64,000 bases of DNA from NCBI GenBank assembly GCA_963422735.1, contig OY730476.1, positions 3,520,001-3,584,000 on the forward strand, in the 5' to 3' direction. The position numbers were made by a program, and so were the translations under genes. The notes beneath the pieces are model-generated. The model did no database searches, was not told the DNA's origin, and saw nothing but the letters and a program-made list of their open reading frames with translations. This DNA comes from Candidatus Latescibacterota bacterium. GTDB lineage: Bacteria > Latescibacterota > UBA2968 > UBA8231. Shown piece after piece: positions 38,570 to 48,940 of this stretch (position 1 is the stretch's first letter; every line of letters begins with the position of its first letter).

Positions 38570-39736
38570 GTGAAAAATCTTTCGCTGCTCTTTTTGTGCG
38601 AGGCCCTCTCGCGCACCGCCAGTATCATCATGCTCTCGAGCATGGCACTCGTCGGCCAGCGGTTGACGCCGAATGCCGCGCTGACGACCCTGCCGCTGGC
38701 ACTGGCACCGGTGGCCACAATGCTGATGACGGTGCCCGCGGCGCAGCTAATGCAGCGGCGAGGCCGCAAGCTGGGTTTCGCCTTGGGTGCCGCGTTGGGC
38801 GTCGTCGGGGGCGCGGTGGGGTGTCTAGCCGTGTACCATGGCCAATTCGCGCTGCTTTGTTTGGGCGGGTTGGGCATTGGTGCGGTCAACGGCTTTGCCA
38901 CCTATTATCGCTTTGCCGCTGGCGAGGTGGTCGCCGAGGATTTTCGCAGTCGCGCCATTTCGCTGGTGATGGCCGGGGGCGTCATTGCCGCGATATCAGG
39001 CTCCAATCTGGCGGCGTGGTCGCGGGAGTGGTTTCCCGACTATCTATTCGCTGGCTCTTTTCTGGGGATTGCCGCCGTTCATGCGCTGGTTTTGCTGGTC
39101 CTCTGCTTTGTCTCCTTTCCCGCGCCCAGTGCCGAGGAGCAACGGGCGGGCGGGCGTTCGCTCAGGGAAATCGCCCGGCAGTCGGATTTCGCGCTGGCGG
39201 TGATCGGGGCGGTGGCTGCTTGGGGGCTGATGTCGCTTTTGATGAATGCCACGCCGCTGGCGATGAAACGGCATTTGCATTCCTTCGCCGATACGGCTTG
39301 GGTGATTCAGTGGCATGTGCTGGGCATGTTCGTGCCGTCTTTTTTTACCGGACACCTGATATCGCGTTGGGGCGAGCACCGGATCATGTTCACCGGCATC
39401 GCGTTGCTCGGGTGCTCCATCGCGGTCAATTTGAGCGGTATTGGGATCTATCACTACACGACCGGGTTGGCTCTATTGGGCGTGGGGTGGAATTTTCTTT
39501 TCGTAGGGGCAACTTCGCTCTTGGCGACGACGCACCGGCCCGAGGAAAAGGCGCGGGTGCAATCCTGCAATGACTTTCTGGTCTTTGGCCTGATGGTGTT
39601 GACCAGCTTCGGGGCGGCACCTTTGGAGGGGATGCTGGGGTGGGACAGGCTCAATCACTTGGCTGTGCCCTTTTTGGTGGCAGTGGCGGTGACGCTAGGG
39701 CTGCTGTGGGTGCGGGCGGGCCGGAGCGGCTGGTGA
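38570..39736 (+). CDS. MFS transporter
   Basis: 12 TM helices; YRFAA, RAISLV..GG, IQWHVLGMFVPSFFTG, LGVGWNF. Confidence 0.9.
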   Translation: MKNLSLLFLCEALSRTASIIMLSSMALVGQRLTPNAALTTLPLALAPVATMLMTVPAAQLMQRRGRKLGFALGAALGVVGGAVGCLAVYHGQFALLCLGGLGIGAVNGFATYYRFAAGEVVAEDFRSRAISLVMAGGVIAAISGSNLAAWSREWFPDYLFAGSFLGIAAVHALVLLVLCFVSFPAPSAEEQRAGGRSLREIARQSDFALAVIGAVAAWGLMSLLMNATPLAMKRHLHSFADTAWVIQWHVLGMFVPSFFTGHLISRWGEHRIMFTGIALLGCSIAVNLSGIGIYHYTTGLALLGVGWNFLFVGATSLLATTHRPEEKARVQSCNDFLVFGLMVLTSFGAAPLEGMLGWDRLNHLAVPFLVAVAVTLGLLWVRAGRSGW

Positions 39737-39907
39737 TCTACACGGTCTTAGGCCAGCCCGTGCGGCTACTGGTTGACCACATATAGGCCGCTGGCGTGTC
39801 TGCACTATCCGGGCGGGAAGCAGGCTCGCCGAGTGCTCTATCTCAAGTGAAGGACACTCCGCGGTGAGTGCCGAATAAATGGACCATACCCGAGGAGGAT
39901 TCCGACA

Positions 39908-41023
39908 ATGGCTAAATATCGCGTGGGCTTGATCGGGGCCGGGCGCAAAGGTACGCAGCACGCACGCGCCTATATGCTCGACGAACGCACGAAGTTGGTG
40001 GCCGTGGCCGATGGAGATCCGGAGAATTTGGCGCTGTTTCAAAAACGCACGGGTGTGCCCGGTTATGCCGACTATCGCCAGATGCTAGAAAAAGAGGCAC
40101 TCGATATTGCCGCGCCGATTTTGCCGGTTGGCGTCAACCCGGAGGTCGTCATCGCCTGCGCTCAAGCTGGGGTCAAGGCCATTCTCTGCGAAAAGCCGAT
40201 CGCGGCCTCACTCGAAGAGGCCGACCGCATGGTCGCCGAGTGCAAGCGCCGGCGCATCCCCTTTGGCGCGGGCGACTTGGATGTCAACCTGCCGGCCTAC
40301 CAAAAGGCCCTAAAATTCATCGGTGCGGGCGAACTGGGGGCGGTCAAGCGCATCACATTGCTCGGCGGGTCGGGCACGGAGATGTCAGGTGGCGGCTGCC
40401 AGCGCTTTACGCTGATGCGCCACTTCGCTGGATGCGCCGAGGTGGCGTGGGTATCGGGCTGGGTCAGCGACGATCCCCTGAGCGAACACGACCAAGGCGG
40501 GGCTGGGTACGTGCGCTTCACCAATGGGATCGAGGCGTTTACCTGCCGGGACAAGGATGCGCGGGGCCGCGGCTACGAGGTGGTCTGCGAGGGTGGGGTC
40601 TTCTACTCAGATGACAATCTCGCCGGCTTGTACCGGTACGTCGAAGGCGACGGAGCGAGCTGGGAGAAGTTGAAAAAAATCGAGGGCGTCTTGCCGGAAG
40701 GGCCGATCTACGGCGCGAAACGCGGGTACGACGCCAAGGGCTGGCGATGGCCCGGGGACCGCAACGTGGCTAGTTGCAAGGCGATTATCGATGCCTTGGA
40801 ACAGGGCGAGGATCCGCCGGGCAGCGGCGAGAACGGCGTCAAGGTCCTCGAAATGGCCATCGCGGTGCGCGAGTCGCACCGGCGGGGATGTGCGCCCGTC
40901 GCGTTGCCGCTGGCCGACCGCAGCCTGCGCATCATTCCCCGCCTCTCGCGGATGTACAACAAAAAGCCGATTTTCGGTCGTGAAAAATACATGGATCAGG
41001 TGTTGTCGCACAAAAAGGACTAA
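39908..41023 (+). CDS. Gfo/Idh/MocA oxidoreductase
   Basis: GLIGAGRKG..HA, CEKPIA. Confidence 0.88.
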   Translation: MAKYRVGLIGAGRKGTQHARAYMLDERTKLVAVADGDPENLALFQKRTGVPGYADYRQMLEKEALDIAAPILPVGVNPEVVIACAQAGVKAILCEKPIAASLEEADRMVAECKRRRIPFGAGDLDVNLPAYQKALKFIGAGELGAVKRITLLGGSGTEMSGGGCQRFTLMRHFAGCAEVAWVSGWVSDDPLSEHDQGGAGYVRFTNGIEAFTCRDKDARGRGYEVVCEGGVFYSDDNLAGLYRYVEGDGASWEKLKKIEGVLPEGPIYGAKRGYDAKGWRWPGDRNVASCKAIIDALEQGEDPPGSGENGVKVLEMAIAVRESHRRGCAPVALPLADRSLRIIPRLSRMYNKKPIFGREKYMDQVLSHKKD

Positions 41024-41072
41024 TGTACGAAACCACGATGAGGCCGCTGCGCCGCGAAATAGGAGCCTAGCC

Positions 41073-42644
41073 ATGGACCGACCCCGTTTGATTCACTACA
41101 ACGACGCGCACCACTTTCACGCCAAACGACTCGAACCACCGGCCAGCCTCCACCTCCTGAACTGGCCGGTAGATGAGGTGTTGGGCACGGGCGTGGATTT
41201 GCTGGTTTTGGGATTGGGTTATAGCGATGTCTTCTTTCACCAGAGCGAGGTCGGCCGCGTGGTGGGGCAGGAAAAGGAGGTGTGGGAAAACTACATTGAC
41301 TGGCGGATCATGCGGATGGTCGAGGTCGCCAAGGAACTGGGCACCGACCAGCTACAGGCCGTCATTGAGCGCGGCCGGGAGACGGGGCTGAAGGTGTTTC
41401 CCAGCCTAAAGCTACAGGACTCCTCCCGCCCGGGACACGATCGCTCGGGGCGGCTCAAGGAGCAGCGCAAAGCTGCGGTGTGCATTGGCGACGCGGGCCG
41501 GGCGGAGTGGTGCTACGATTACGCGCAAGAGGCCGTGCAGGAGGACAAGCTGGCCATTATCGGCGAAGTGTTAGAAGGCTACCGGGCCGATGGGTTGGAA
41601 CTGGATTTTTGCTTTGACAACTTCTATTTCAAACAGGATGAAATCCAAGAGAACGCGCCGCTGATGACCGAGTTTGTGGCCAAGGTACGGGCGTTGGCTG
41701 AGGAAATCGGCGTGCGGCAGAGCCGCAAAATTCCGCTGATGGCGCGAGTGCATCTGTACGAAGAAGACAACCTCGCGGTGGGGCTGGACGTGGCGGCTTG
41801 GCTGCGCGCTGGCAGCCTCGATTGGGTCGTCGGCCAGGACGAGAATGCGTTGGTTGACTTAGGCATTCAGGCACCGTGGCTGGCCGAGGTGGCCGAGAAT
41901 GCGGGTGCCGCCGCGTATTATCGGCCGCCGCGCCGGATCTACGACGAGCGGGTGGGATTGCCGGGCATTGAGATGTACCGCGCCCTCAGCCAGATCCTCG
42001 CTTGGCAGGGCTACGCCGGGATGTATCTGGGCTATATGCCTTGGCCCTTTGCCGAGCGCGAGTACCAAATCCTGCGCGAAACCGCCTATCCGCAGGTACA
42101 CGCCCGGCGCGACAAGCGCTACCTGCTACAGCCTCGCGAGGGGGTGTTGGGTGAGGCGACTTCTACGCCGGAGCGCCAATTGCCGGAACAACTCTTGGAG
42201 GGCGAGACGGTCGCGCTCGACATCTGGGTAGCCGACGATGTGGAGAGTGCCCGCCGCGACGGCGAGATGCGTCCGGCCATTTTGACGCTGCGTTTTGCCT
42301 TTTTCTGCATTGAGGACGAGATCGAAATGCGCTTTAACGGTCGGGTCCTGTCTCGCGCCGAAGCCGAAATCAACGACGAGCGTGCGTTGACCATTCCCCT
42401 ACAGCTCGCCGGCAGTATGGCGGTACAGGCCCCGTTGGGTTTTTCAGCGCACTGGTTCCGCTTTTGCTTGGCACCGGAGGAAATAAGGCGTGGGGCCAAT
42501 CGAGTCGAGATCGAGGTGAAGAAACTGGAGGCGCGGGCGGGTTTTGCCCGCAGCATCAATGGAGCGGAAATACTAGTCCGCTACAAGGACTTTGTGCGGC
42601 CTGAAGGCTTGGGGCGGGAGCGGATCGCCCCGCCGGGAGGTTGA
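41073..42644 (+). CDS. Hypothetical TIM-barrel glycoside hydrolase-like (GHL10-like) protein
   Basis: IHYND, YDYA..AV, Y.ADGLELDF, GLDV..W; beta-rich C-terminus (RRGANRVEI). AGGAG RBS. Confidence 0.55.
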   Translation: MDRPRLIHYNDAHHFHAKRLEPPASLHLLNWPVDEVLGTGVDLLVLGLGYSDVFFHQSEVGRVVGQEKEVWENYIDWRIMRMVEVAKELGTDQLQAVIERGRETGLKVFPSLKLQDSSRPGHDRSGRLKEQRKAAVCIGDAGRAEWCYDYAQEAVQEDKLAIIGEVLEGYRADGLELDFCFDNFYFKQDEIQENAPLMTEFVAKVRALAEEIGVRQSRKIPLMARVHLYEEDNLAVGLDVAAWLRAGSLDWVVGQDENALVDLGIQAPWLAEVAENAGAAAYYRPPRRIYDERVGLPGIEMYRALSQILAWQGYAGMYLGYMPWPFAEREYQILRETAYPQVHARRDKRYLLQPREGVLGEATSTPERQLPEQLLEGETVALDIWVADDVESARRDGEMRPAILTLRFAFFCIEDEIEMRFNGRVLSRAEAEINDERALTIPLQLAGSMAVQAPLGFSAHWFRFCLAPEEIRRGANRVEIEVKKLEARAGFARSINGAEILVRYKDFVRPEGLGRERIAPPGG

Positions 42645-42645
42645 G

Positions 42646-43491
42646 ATGCGCGTATTGATTACGGGAACCAGCGGTTTTATTGGCCGGGCGTTGGCCGCAG
42701 ATATGGCTGCGGACCACGAGGTGGTCTGTCTGTCGCGCCAGCCGACGGAGGTCTCAGGGGTGGCGGTGGTGGTTGGAGATTTTTCGCGGATAGAGGATTT
42801 GCACCGATTGGACGGGTGGGACTTCGACGCGCTGGTCCATCTGGGAGCGGTGACGGGCGCGGGTGCCGAAGCGGACCTCATGCGCGTCAATGTCATGGGA
42901 ACCTACGGCTTGTTGCGCTATCTGATCGAGCGAGGTTGCGGAAAATTCGCATTGGCCTCGTCGATCGCAGCGGTCGGGATGCAGTCGGTGCATTTTCGGC
43001 CGCTCGAACTGCCGATGTCGGATGAGCATCCGTGTCTCGACCGCGACGGCTACGGTTTTTCCAAATACATGATGGAGGAGACGACCCGCTATCTGGCGCG
43101 GCAGCGGGAGGACCTAGACATCATCAATATTAGGCTGGCTTCGATTTGGCCCGAAGACAGGGTGGCTGAGCCACGGCAGCCGGGGCCGGTGGTGCAGTGG
43201 GGGATGGGGGCGATTTCGTGTATGTATTTGAGCGATGCGGTGCGGTGCTTCCGGCTGGCGGCGGAGCGCCCGTACAAGGCAGGGGTGCGGATTTTGAACG
43301 CGGTGGGGACGCAGGCCTGTGTGGCCTGTACGGTGCCGGAGTTGATGCGGATTTGGTATGGGGCGGATGCGGAGGAGATCGACATGGCGCATTATGAGCG
43401 GGCGGGGCACGAGCGGGATCCGGTGTATGATATTGCGCGGATTGAAGCGGAGTTGGGATTTGTGCCGGCGCGGAGTGTGTTGCCGGAGTGA
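42646..43491 (+). CDS. NAD-dependent epimerase/dehydratase
   Basis: ITGTSGFIG, ASS, YGFSK. Confidence 0.88.
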   Translation: MRVLITGTSGFIGRALAADMAADHEVVCLSRQPTEVSGVAVVVGDFSRIEDLHRLDGWDFDALVHLGAVTGAGAEADLMRVNVMGTYGLLRYLIERGCGKFALASSIAAVGMQSVHFRPLELPMSDEHPCLDRDGYGFSKYMMEETTRYLARQREDLDIINIRLASIWPEDRVAEPRQPGPVVQWGMGAISCMYLSDAVRCFRLAAERPYKAGVRILNAVGTQACVACTVPELMRIWYGADAEEIDMAHYERAGHERDPVYDIARIEAELGFVPARSVLPE

Positions 43492-43575
43492 ACGCGGGAT
43501 CCGGGCGATCTGGCGATAGTCGGGGATCTCATACTGGCCAATGTCAACTACGCGCCCTTCACCCATTGCCACTGG

Positions 43576-44979
43576 CTATTCTTGCGCGAACGGTTGACTT
43601 TTGCTGGTCGCAGAGTCTTTCCAATGGCCGCCTACCGGCCTGAGTTGGCCCTTGCCCGTCACCGCGAAGTTGCGGCCATCTCGCTCGGGCACCACGTAGC
43701 GTTCGTACCACGCCTCCAGCCGCTGCTTCAGGTCGCCGATCCGTCCGGCTTGGCTGGGATCGTCCGCCAGATTGATGCGCTCGTCCGGGTCGTTGGCTAG
43801 GTCGTACAGTTCGTGCGGCCCATCTGGATAGCGATGGACGTATTTCCACTCCTTGGTGCGCATCATCCGCGTCGCCCCGTACTCGTCGTAGATCACTACC
43901 TCCTGCCGACCGGTTTCGTCCTCCCCCAACAACAGTGGCAGCACACTCCGTCCGGGCAAGCCGAGGCCCTCGGGCCGCGGCAGCTCTAGATAGTCGAGCA
44001 AGGTCGGCATAAAGTCGTAGGCGCTGACCATGCCCTCCTGTACGCCCCCCGCAGGTATGCAACTGGGGTGGCTGACGACGAAGGGAACCTTGATCGAATT
44101 CTCGTACATGTTCGGCGGACAGGTACCATTGCCCTTGCCCCAGAAACCATGGTGGCCGCAGCTAAAGCCATTGTCGCTGGTGAAGATTACTAGCGTGTCC
44201 TCGCGCAGCCCCTTTTCCTCCAGCTTGTCGATGATACGCCCGATGTCGCGGTCCATCGCCGTCACCGCCGCGAAATAGCCCTTGAGCATCTCGCGGTTGC
44301 CCAAGCAGTTCTCGCTCAGCGAGTGGCCCACCGCCCAGGGGTGGATCGCCTCCTGCGGACAGGAGTCGAACGCGCAATTATCATAGGAATCGACGATCTC
44401 CTGCGGGTGACCAGTCCACGGACTGTGCGGCGCCGTGTAGTGTACGCCTAGGTAAAAGGGCGCGTCGCCGTCGGTGTGCCGATCGATAAACGCCAGCGCG
44501 TCGTCGGTGATCGCCGTCGTCACGTAGCCCGGCTCGGTGATCAGCTCGCCGTTGCGGATCATGGGCGCGTCGTTGTATGGCCCGCCGCCCTGCTGATGCA
44601 CGTACCAATGCGCGAAGCCGTGCTGCGCGAGTTGGCTGTGTCCCAGATGCCACTTGCCGCTTAGTCCGCAGACCCAGCCGTTTGCAGCGAGGATGTCGGT
44701 ATAGGCTACCTCGCCTGCGATATAGGCGGCTGCGGACGCGCCGATGTTGCCCTCTCTGATCCAGTCGTGGACCCCGTGCTGCGAGGGGATCTGCCCGGTC
44801 AAAAAGGTCGCACGGCTGGGCGAGCAGACCGGCGTCGCGACAAAGAAATTGTCAAAGCGCATGCCGGTCTGGGCGATGTGGTCAATTGCCGGAGTGCGGA
44901 TTTCCGCGTTGCCATAACAGCCGGCGGCCCAAGGGCCTTGGTCGTCGCTGAGGATGAAGACGATGTTGGGTCTGTTCAT
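43576..44979 (-). CDS. Sulfatase (Cys-type, formylglycine)
   Basis: PNIVFILSDD, CSPSR, GKWHLG, APH, TSDNG, ELYDL..DP.E. Confidence 0.95.
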   Translation of the reverse strand: MNRPNIVFILSDDQGPWAAGCYGNAEIRTPAIDHIAQTGMRFDNFFVATPVCSPSRATFLTGQIPSQHGVHDWIREGNIGASAAAYIAGEVAYTDILAANGWVCGLSGKWHLGHSQLAQHGFAHWYVHQQGGGPYNDAPMIRNGELITEPGYVTTAITDDALAFIDRHTDGDAPFYLGVHYTAPHSPWTGHPQEIVDSYDNCAFDSCPQEAIHPWAVGHSLSENCLGNREMLKGYFAAVTAMDRDIGRIIDKLEEKGLREDTLVIFTSDNGFSCGHHGFWGKGNGTCPPNMYENSIKVPFVVSHPSCIPAGGVQEGMVSAYDFMPTLLDYLELPRPEGLGLPGRSVLPLLLGEDETGRQEVVIYDEYGATRMMRTKEWKYVHRYPDGPHELYDLANDPDERINLADDPSQAGRIGDLKQRLEAWYERYVVPERDGRNFAVTGKGQLRPVGGHWKDSATSKSQPFAQE

Positions 44980-44996
44980 ACTATATATCATATCGA

Positions 44997-46067
44997 TTAA
45001 CCGTAGATCGCCTGAATCATGGCATTGATGTAGCCGAAGCAGTAAGCATAGGACTGATAGTAGCCCTTCGGATCGTCGTCGGTGCGCGGGACGTGATCAG
45101 GATCAATGCCGTAACAGTAGCCTGTGTCCTTGAGGGCCTTTAATACCCGGTGGAAGTCCATATCTCCTTCGTCGGGCAGAGCCTCGCGGAAGCTGTAACG
45201 CCCTCCGAGGAGGTTGCGATAGTGAACGAGGAAGATCGTATTACGGCTGCCAAAGTATTCTATGATGGGGTAGATTTCATTGGCCGGAACTTCGAGCCCT
45301 TCAGCGATGGAGCCGACGCAGAAGTTCCAGCCGTGATACGGACTGCGCTGAATCTCGATGAAACGCTTCATGCCCTCAAAGTCATTGAGAACTTTGTCAA
45401 CGCCCTTATAACCGGGAGGTGTGGCAGGGTCTTCCTGAGAATTGCCCATTCGAACCTTGAATTCTTCTGCCACTGGGATCATGCGTTCGAGCAGATACTC
45501 AATTCGTTCCCAGTGCATGTCTGCCGTGACGCGCCCGGCCTCAGTCAGCTTGGCCTGTTCTTGTGCCGGGACCTTGTCTAGGCGGAACGCAGTGTGGTAG
45601 TAGCCGCCGCGACCTTCTTCTCGTTCGGTGCGGTCGATGGGCAGGACGCAAGTGTTATAGCGCAGAGAATTGATGCCGGCGCGCGAAGCGGTTCGGATCA
45701 TTTCGCATACGAGGTCAATTTCTCGGTCGCGCTCCGGGCTTTTGCCAAAATAGATGATGTTGGGAAATTTCTCATATATGGGTAGCGCACTCATATCCAG
45801 TGCCAGCCCGAAGGCTTCGTGGTGCTCTCTTTCTCGGACCAACTCGTCGAGATCCCAGCCACGGTCGGGGTGGAAGGGAAAGGTGGCGGCCTTGTGGCGC
45901 ACACCACAGCGCTGCAAAAAGCGCAACTCGGCATCGGTTGACCCAAAACCCTGTGTGCGCACATACATACGACCGCCGTTCGTCGATGTTTGTGATGCGC
46001 CTTCGGCGGCCGAAGCCGCGGCCTCACCGGCTGCGAGGCCTTTTTCAAATGGATCGGATTTCTTCAT
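44997..46067 (-). CDS. Mannonate dehydratase (UxuA)-like protein
   Basis: ERDREID, L..MIPVAEE, DP, FC.GS, VHYRN, DEGDMD, PDHVP. Divergent (SQEDP where UxuA has HPDDP). Confidence 0.72.
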   Translation of the reverse strand: MKKSDPFEKGLAAGEAAASAAEGASQTSTNGGRMYVRTQGFGSTDAELRFLQRCGVRHKAATFPFHPDRGWDLDELVREREHHEAFGLALDMSALPIYEKFPNIIYFGKSPERDREIDLVCEMIRTASRAGINSLRYNTCVLPIDRTEREEGRGGYYHTAFRLDKVPAQEQAKLTEAGRVTADMHWERIEYLLERMIPVAEEFKVRMGNSQEDPATPPGYKGVDKVLNDFEGMKRFIEIQRSPYHGWNFCVGSIAEGLEVPANEIYPIIEYFGSRNTIFLVHYRNLLGGRYSFREALPDEGDMDFHRVLKALKDTGYCYGIDPDHVPRTDDDPKGYYQSYAYCFGYINAMIQAIYG

Positions 46068-46224
46068 GTGATTCCTTTCGTTGGTATGGCGTTGATGTGG
46101 CAAGCCAGACGACGCACACTGTCGCTTTTTGTGGTAGTGAATTCTATAAAATAGTAGAAATGTATTTGAACCTAAAGGTTCTGATTGCTATTTCATAGCT
46201 AGGCGGCATTTGAACATCCATGTC

Positions 46225-47973
46225 TTATTGTGCGGGTTCTAAGTTGAGTAAGACGAGCAGCCAAGTGCGGTGCCAGTAGGCACTGTTGACGTAGGGGTTT
46301 TCAGCCGTGGGCCAGTTTTTCCAATAGGTTTCGTTGTGGGGAATCCGGTGATACCACTGGATCAGCGGGATCGAAGGCAGTTCGCGCAACCAGATATCCA
46401 TCGCCCGGCGGAAGAGCGCGACCAGTTCTGGGTCTTCCGGCGAAACCTCGGCCATGCGGTCGACGATCGCGTCGAATTCTTCATGTTGCCAACGCCAGAA
46501 GTACTCGGCCGCCGTCCCCGTCGGCTGCACGAAGCGACTGTGGTAGAGGCGCAAGGTAAAATAAGGATCCCGCACCGAAGCCGCGTGTCCCATCACAAAG
46601 GCCCGGGCCGTGCCTTGGGTCATACGAGTATAGGCGTCGTTGGTGGCGCGGAAGCTGGCGTCAAAACCGGCTTGGCGCAATTGTTCGATCAGCACCGGCG
46701 TGAAGTCTTGGAAGAGGTTGGGGAAGACATCTACCACTATCTTGAGGCGCGTCCCGTCCTTTCCCCAAAAACCGTCCGCGTCCTTGTGCCATCCCTTGCG
46801 CTCCATGATCTTCGCCGTGCGGGCCGGGTCGTAGGTATTCAACTGATATTGAGCGAAAAGACCTTGGATATGGTCGATATAGCGCATCAGCGGAGGAAAT
46901 TCGGGATAGGGATGTAGCGTGAATTTGCCCGCTCCCTGCCAACCTACGTCAACCACTTGGGCGCGATTGATCGCGTAGTTGATAGCCCAGCGAATCTCTG
47001 GGTCGCTGAAGGGCTCTTCGAGATTGTTGAAACCCAGCGACAGCGGCCACCAATCCAGATAGCCGTAGGGTGCTTTTCTGCCTGTCCAGGTGGAGATATT
47101 GGGATTTTGCTCGAGAACGGTCTTGATATTGACGGGGCGCAAGTCCACGCTCGAATCGATCTCGTTGGCCAAGAGTTGCTGGGACCACTTGGCTTCGTTG
47201 CCAAAGGGCAGATAGATGATGCGCTCCACCTTGGGTAGTCTCTGGAACCCCAATCCAGCCGCCCACCAGTCCTGCCTCAGATCCCAAACCCGCTGTTCGG
47301 GAGCGGCAATCACTAGGCGATAAGGCCCGCTGACCACCGGCCAGCCCTTTGTTTGGTCGAGGTTTTTGAAGGTCTTGGCGTCTTGGTCTTTCCAAATGTG
47401 CTCGGGGACGATGCGGACCCCATTGACGAAACAATCGGTGAAGTACGAAAACAGAAACCTTGGATTGGGTGCCCTCAGTGTAATGCGAGCCGTCAACTCG
47501 TCCACGGCCGCAGCCTCGGCGACCCAGGTTTTCATATCGGTGGACAGAAGCAATTCCGGCGCATGGGCCTTGAGCATATTGATGGTGAAGACCAAGTCGT
47601 GCGCCGTCCACGGCACGCCGTCGCTCCACTGGACCCCATCGCGAATTTTGATGGTGATTTCGGTATAATCCTCGTTGTATTGGTGGCTCTCCGCGATCCA
47701 AGGGATGAGATTATTTTCTTCGCTATAAGCATTGTAATAATAGAGCGGCTCGAAGAGGAAATTGGATCCCGTCGAAGACACGACGCCGGGTATAAAGGGG
47801 TTGAAGGCGTCGTAGTCCTGCATCTGGGTCAGTCCGAGGATCAGCGTCCGGTCACGAGGGACTTGCCGCACACTCGGCTCTTGTTCCGCTTGGTCGTCGG
47901 CACCACCGCACGCTAAGAGCAAAGCGCAACAAAACCAAGAGCACCAAATCCGCGTTTGGCTTCCGTCTCGCAT
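46225..47973 (-). CDS. ABC transporter substrate-binding lipoprotein, family 5
   Basis: Lipobox LLAC; FEPL, IRDGVQWSDG.P.TA.D..FT, SGPY, D.EIRWAINYAINR. Confidence 0.92.
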   Translation of the reverse strand: MRDGSQTRIWCSWFCCALLLACGGADDQAEQEPSVRQVPRDRTLILGLTQMQDYDAFNPFIPGVVSSTGSNFLFEPLYYYNAYSEENNLIPWIAESHQYNEDYTEITIKIRDGVQWSDGVPWTAHDLVFTINMLKAHAPELLLSTDMKTWVAEAAAVDELTARITLRAPNPRFLFSYFTDCFVNGVRIVPEHIWKDQDAKTFKNLDQTKGWPVVSGPYRLVIAAPEQRVWDLRQDWWAAGLGFQRLPKVERIIYLPFGNEAKWSQQLLANEIDSSVDLRPVNIKTVLEQNPNISTWTGRKAPYGYLDWWPLSLGFNNLEEPFSDPEIRWAINYAINRAQVVDVGWQGAGKFTLHPYPEFPPLMRYIDHIQGLFAQYQLNTYDPARTAKIMERKGWHKDADGFWGKDGTRLKIVVDVFPNLFQDFTPVLIEQLRQAGFDASFRATNDAYTRMTQGTARAFVMGHAASVRDPYFTLRLYHSRFVQPTGTAAEYFWRWQHEEFDAIVDRMAEVSPEDPELVALFRRAMDIWLRELPSIPLIQWYHRIPHNETYWKNWPTAENPYVNSAYWHRTWLLVLLNLEPAQ

Positions 47974-48169
47974 GTGAAATTCCTTCGACGTTTAAACGCT
48001 CTGCTCAGGTGCGGCTAAGTCGCGCAGTTTGCGTTGCCAGCAGTATTGGATTCCGCCGTTTTGTGGATAGACGGACTTGGAAAAAGCCGGACGAGCAGGT
48101 AGAAATGTAGGAAAATTTGACACAGGGGAGAACATTGCCCATCTCTAGAAAAACGGAAGGGAGTAGCTA

Positions 48170-48940
48170 ATGGAATACAGCGACGAACACCACGCCTGCT
48201 TTGAGGAGCACGGCTACGCACGGCTCGGGAAGGTCCTCGACGACGCGGGATTGGCCGAACTACAGCAGCGCATCAACGCGATCATGATCGGCGAGATCCC
48301 CTACCCGGAGATGGACTTTCAGCTCGACGGCGAGGACGCCGACTATGCGGAGATGCCCACCGTCTCTCGTGGCCACAAGGGCACCACGCTCCAGTACCGC
48401 AAGATTATGGGCTTGGAGCAGGATCTCGTCTATCTCGCCTACATGCAGCACCCGCTTTTCCGCCAGATTACCCTGCGCTATATCGGCGAGGATGTGTCGA
48501 TCTTCCGGGCGATGTTTATGAACAAGCCAGCGGAAAAGGGCACAATACTACCTTGGCACCAAGATGTGGGCGTGGGTTGGGGCGTGGATTACAACCCGAC
48601 TATCACGGTTTGGACCGCGCTTGACCCGGCGACGATCGCAAACGGCTGTATGCAGATCGTGCCCGGCAGCCACAAGCGCGGGGTAATCACCGAAAGGCAC
48701 TTTCCTTCGGCAGAGCAGCTAGCCGAATGCGCGCCGCCAGGAGCGGAAATCGACCTCGAAGCCGAGGCAGGCGAGGCGATTTTGCTCAACAACCTGCTGC
48801 TGCACCGCTCGGGGATCAACCCGACGGGTCAGTCGCGCCGCGCCTTTAGCGTCGCCTATATGGATGGGGCCGCGCGTTCTGTGAGCACGGGCGAGGGCTA
48901 TCCGATGATCTTTGGCGCAAAGGCGCTGGTCCCGGTCTAG
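48170..48940 (+). CDS. Phytanoyl-CoA dioxygenase (PhyH) family protein
   Basis: F.E.GY, KP, WHQD, W.ALD..T..NGC...PGSH, HRSG.N, RRA. Confidence 0.9.
   Translation: MEYSDEHHACFEEHGYARLGKVLDDAGLAELQQRINAIMIGEIPYPEMDFQLDGEDADYAEMPTVSRGHKGTTLQYRKIMGLEQDLVYLAYMQHPLFRQITLRYIGEDVSIFRAMFMNKPAEKGTILPWHQDVGVGWGVDYNPTITVWTALDPATIANGCMQIVPGSHKRGVITERHFPSAEQLAECAPPGAEIDLEAEAGEAILLNNLLLHRSGINPTGQSRRAFSVAYMDGAARSVSTGEGYPMIFGAKALVPV

Noticed and set aside
40791-41072. Long N-terminal extensions in the ORF track (also 10828-11166, 35068-35223, 49993-50133)
   Set aside because: They overlap upstream genes; downstream starts with an RBS or stop-start coupling fit better.
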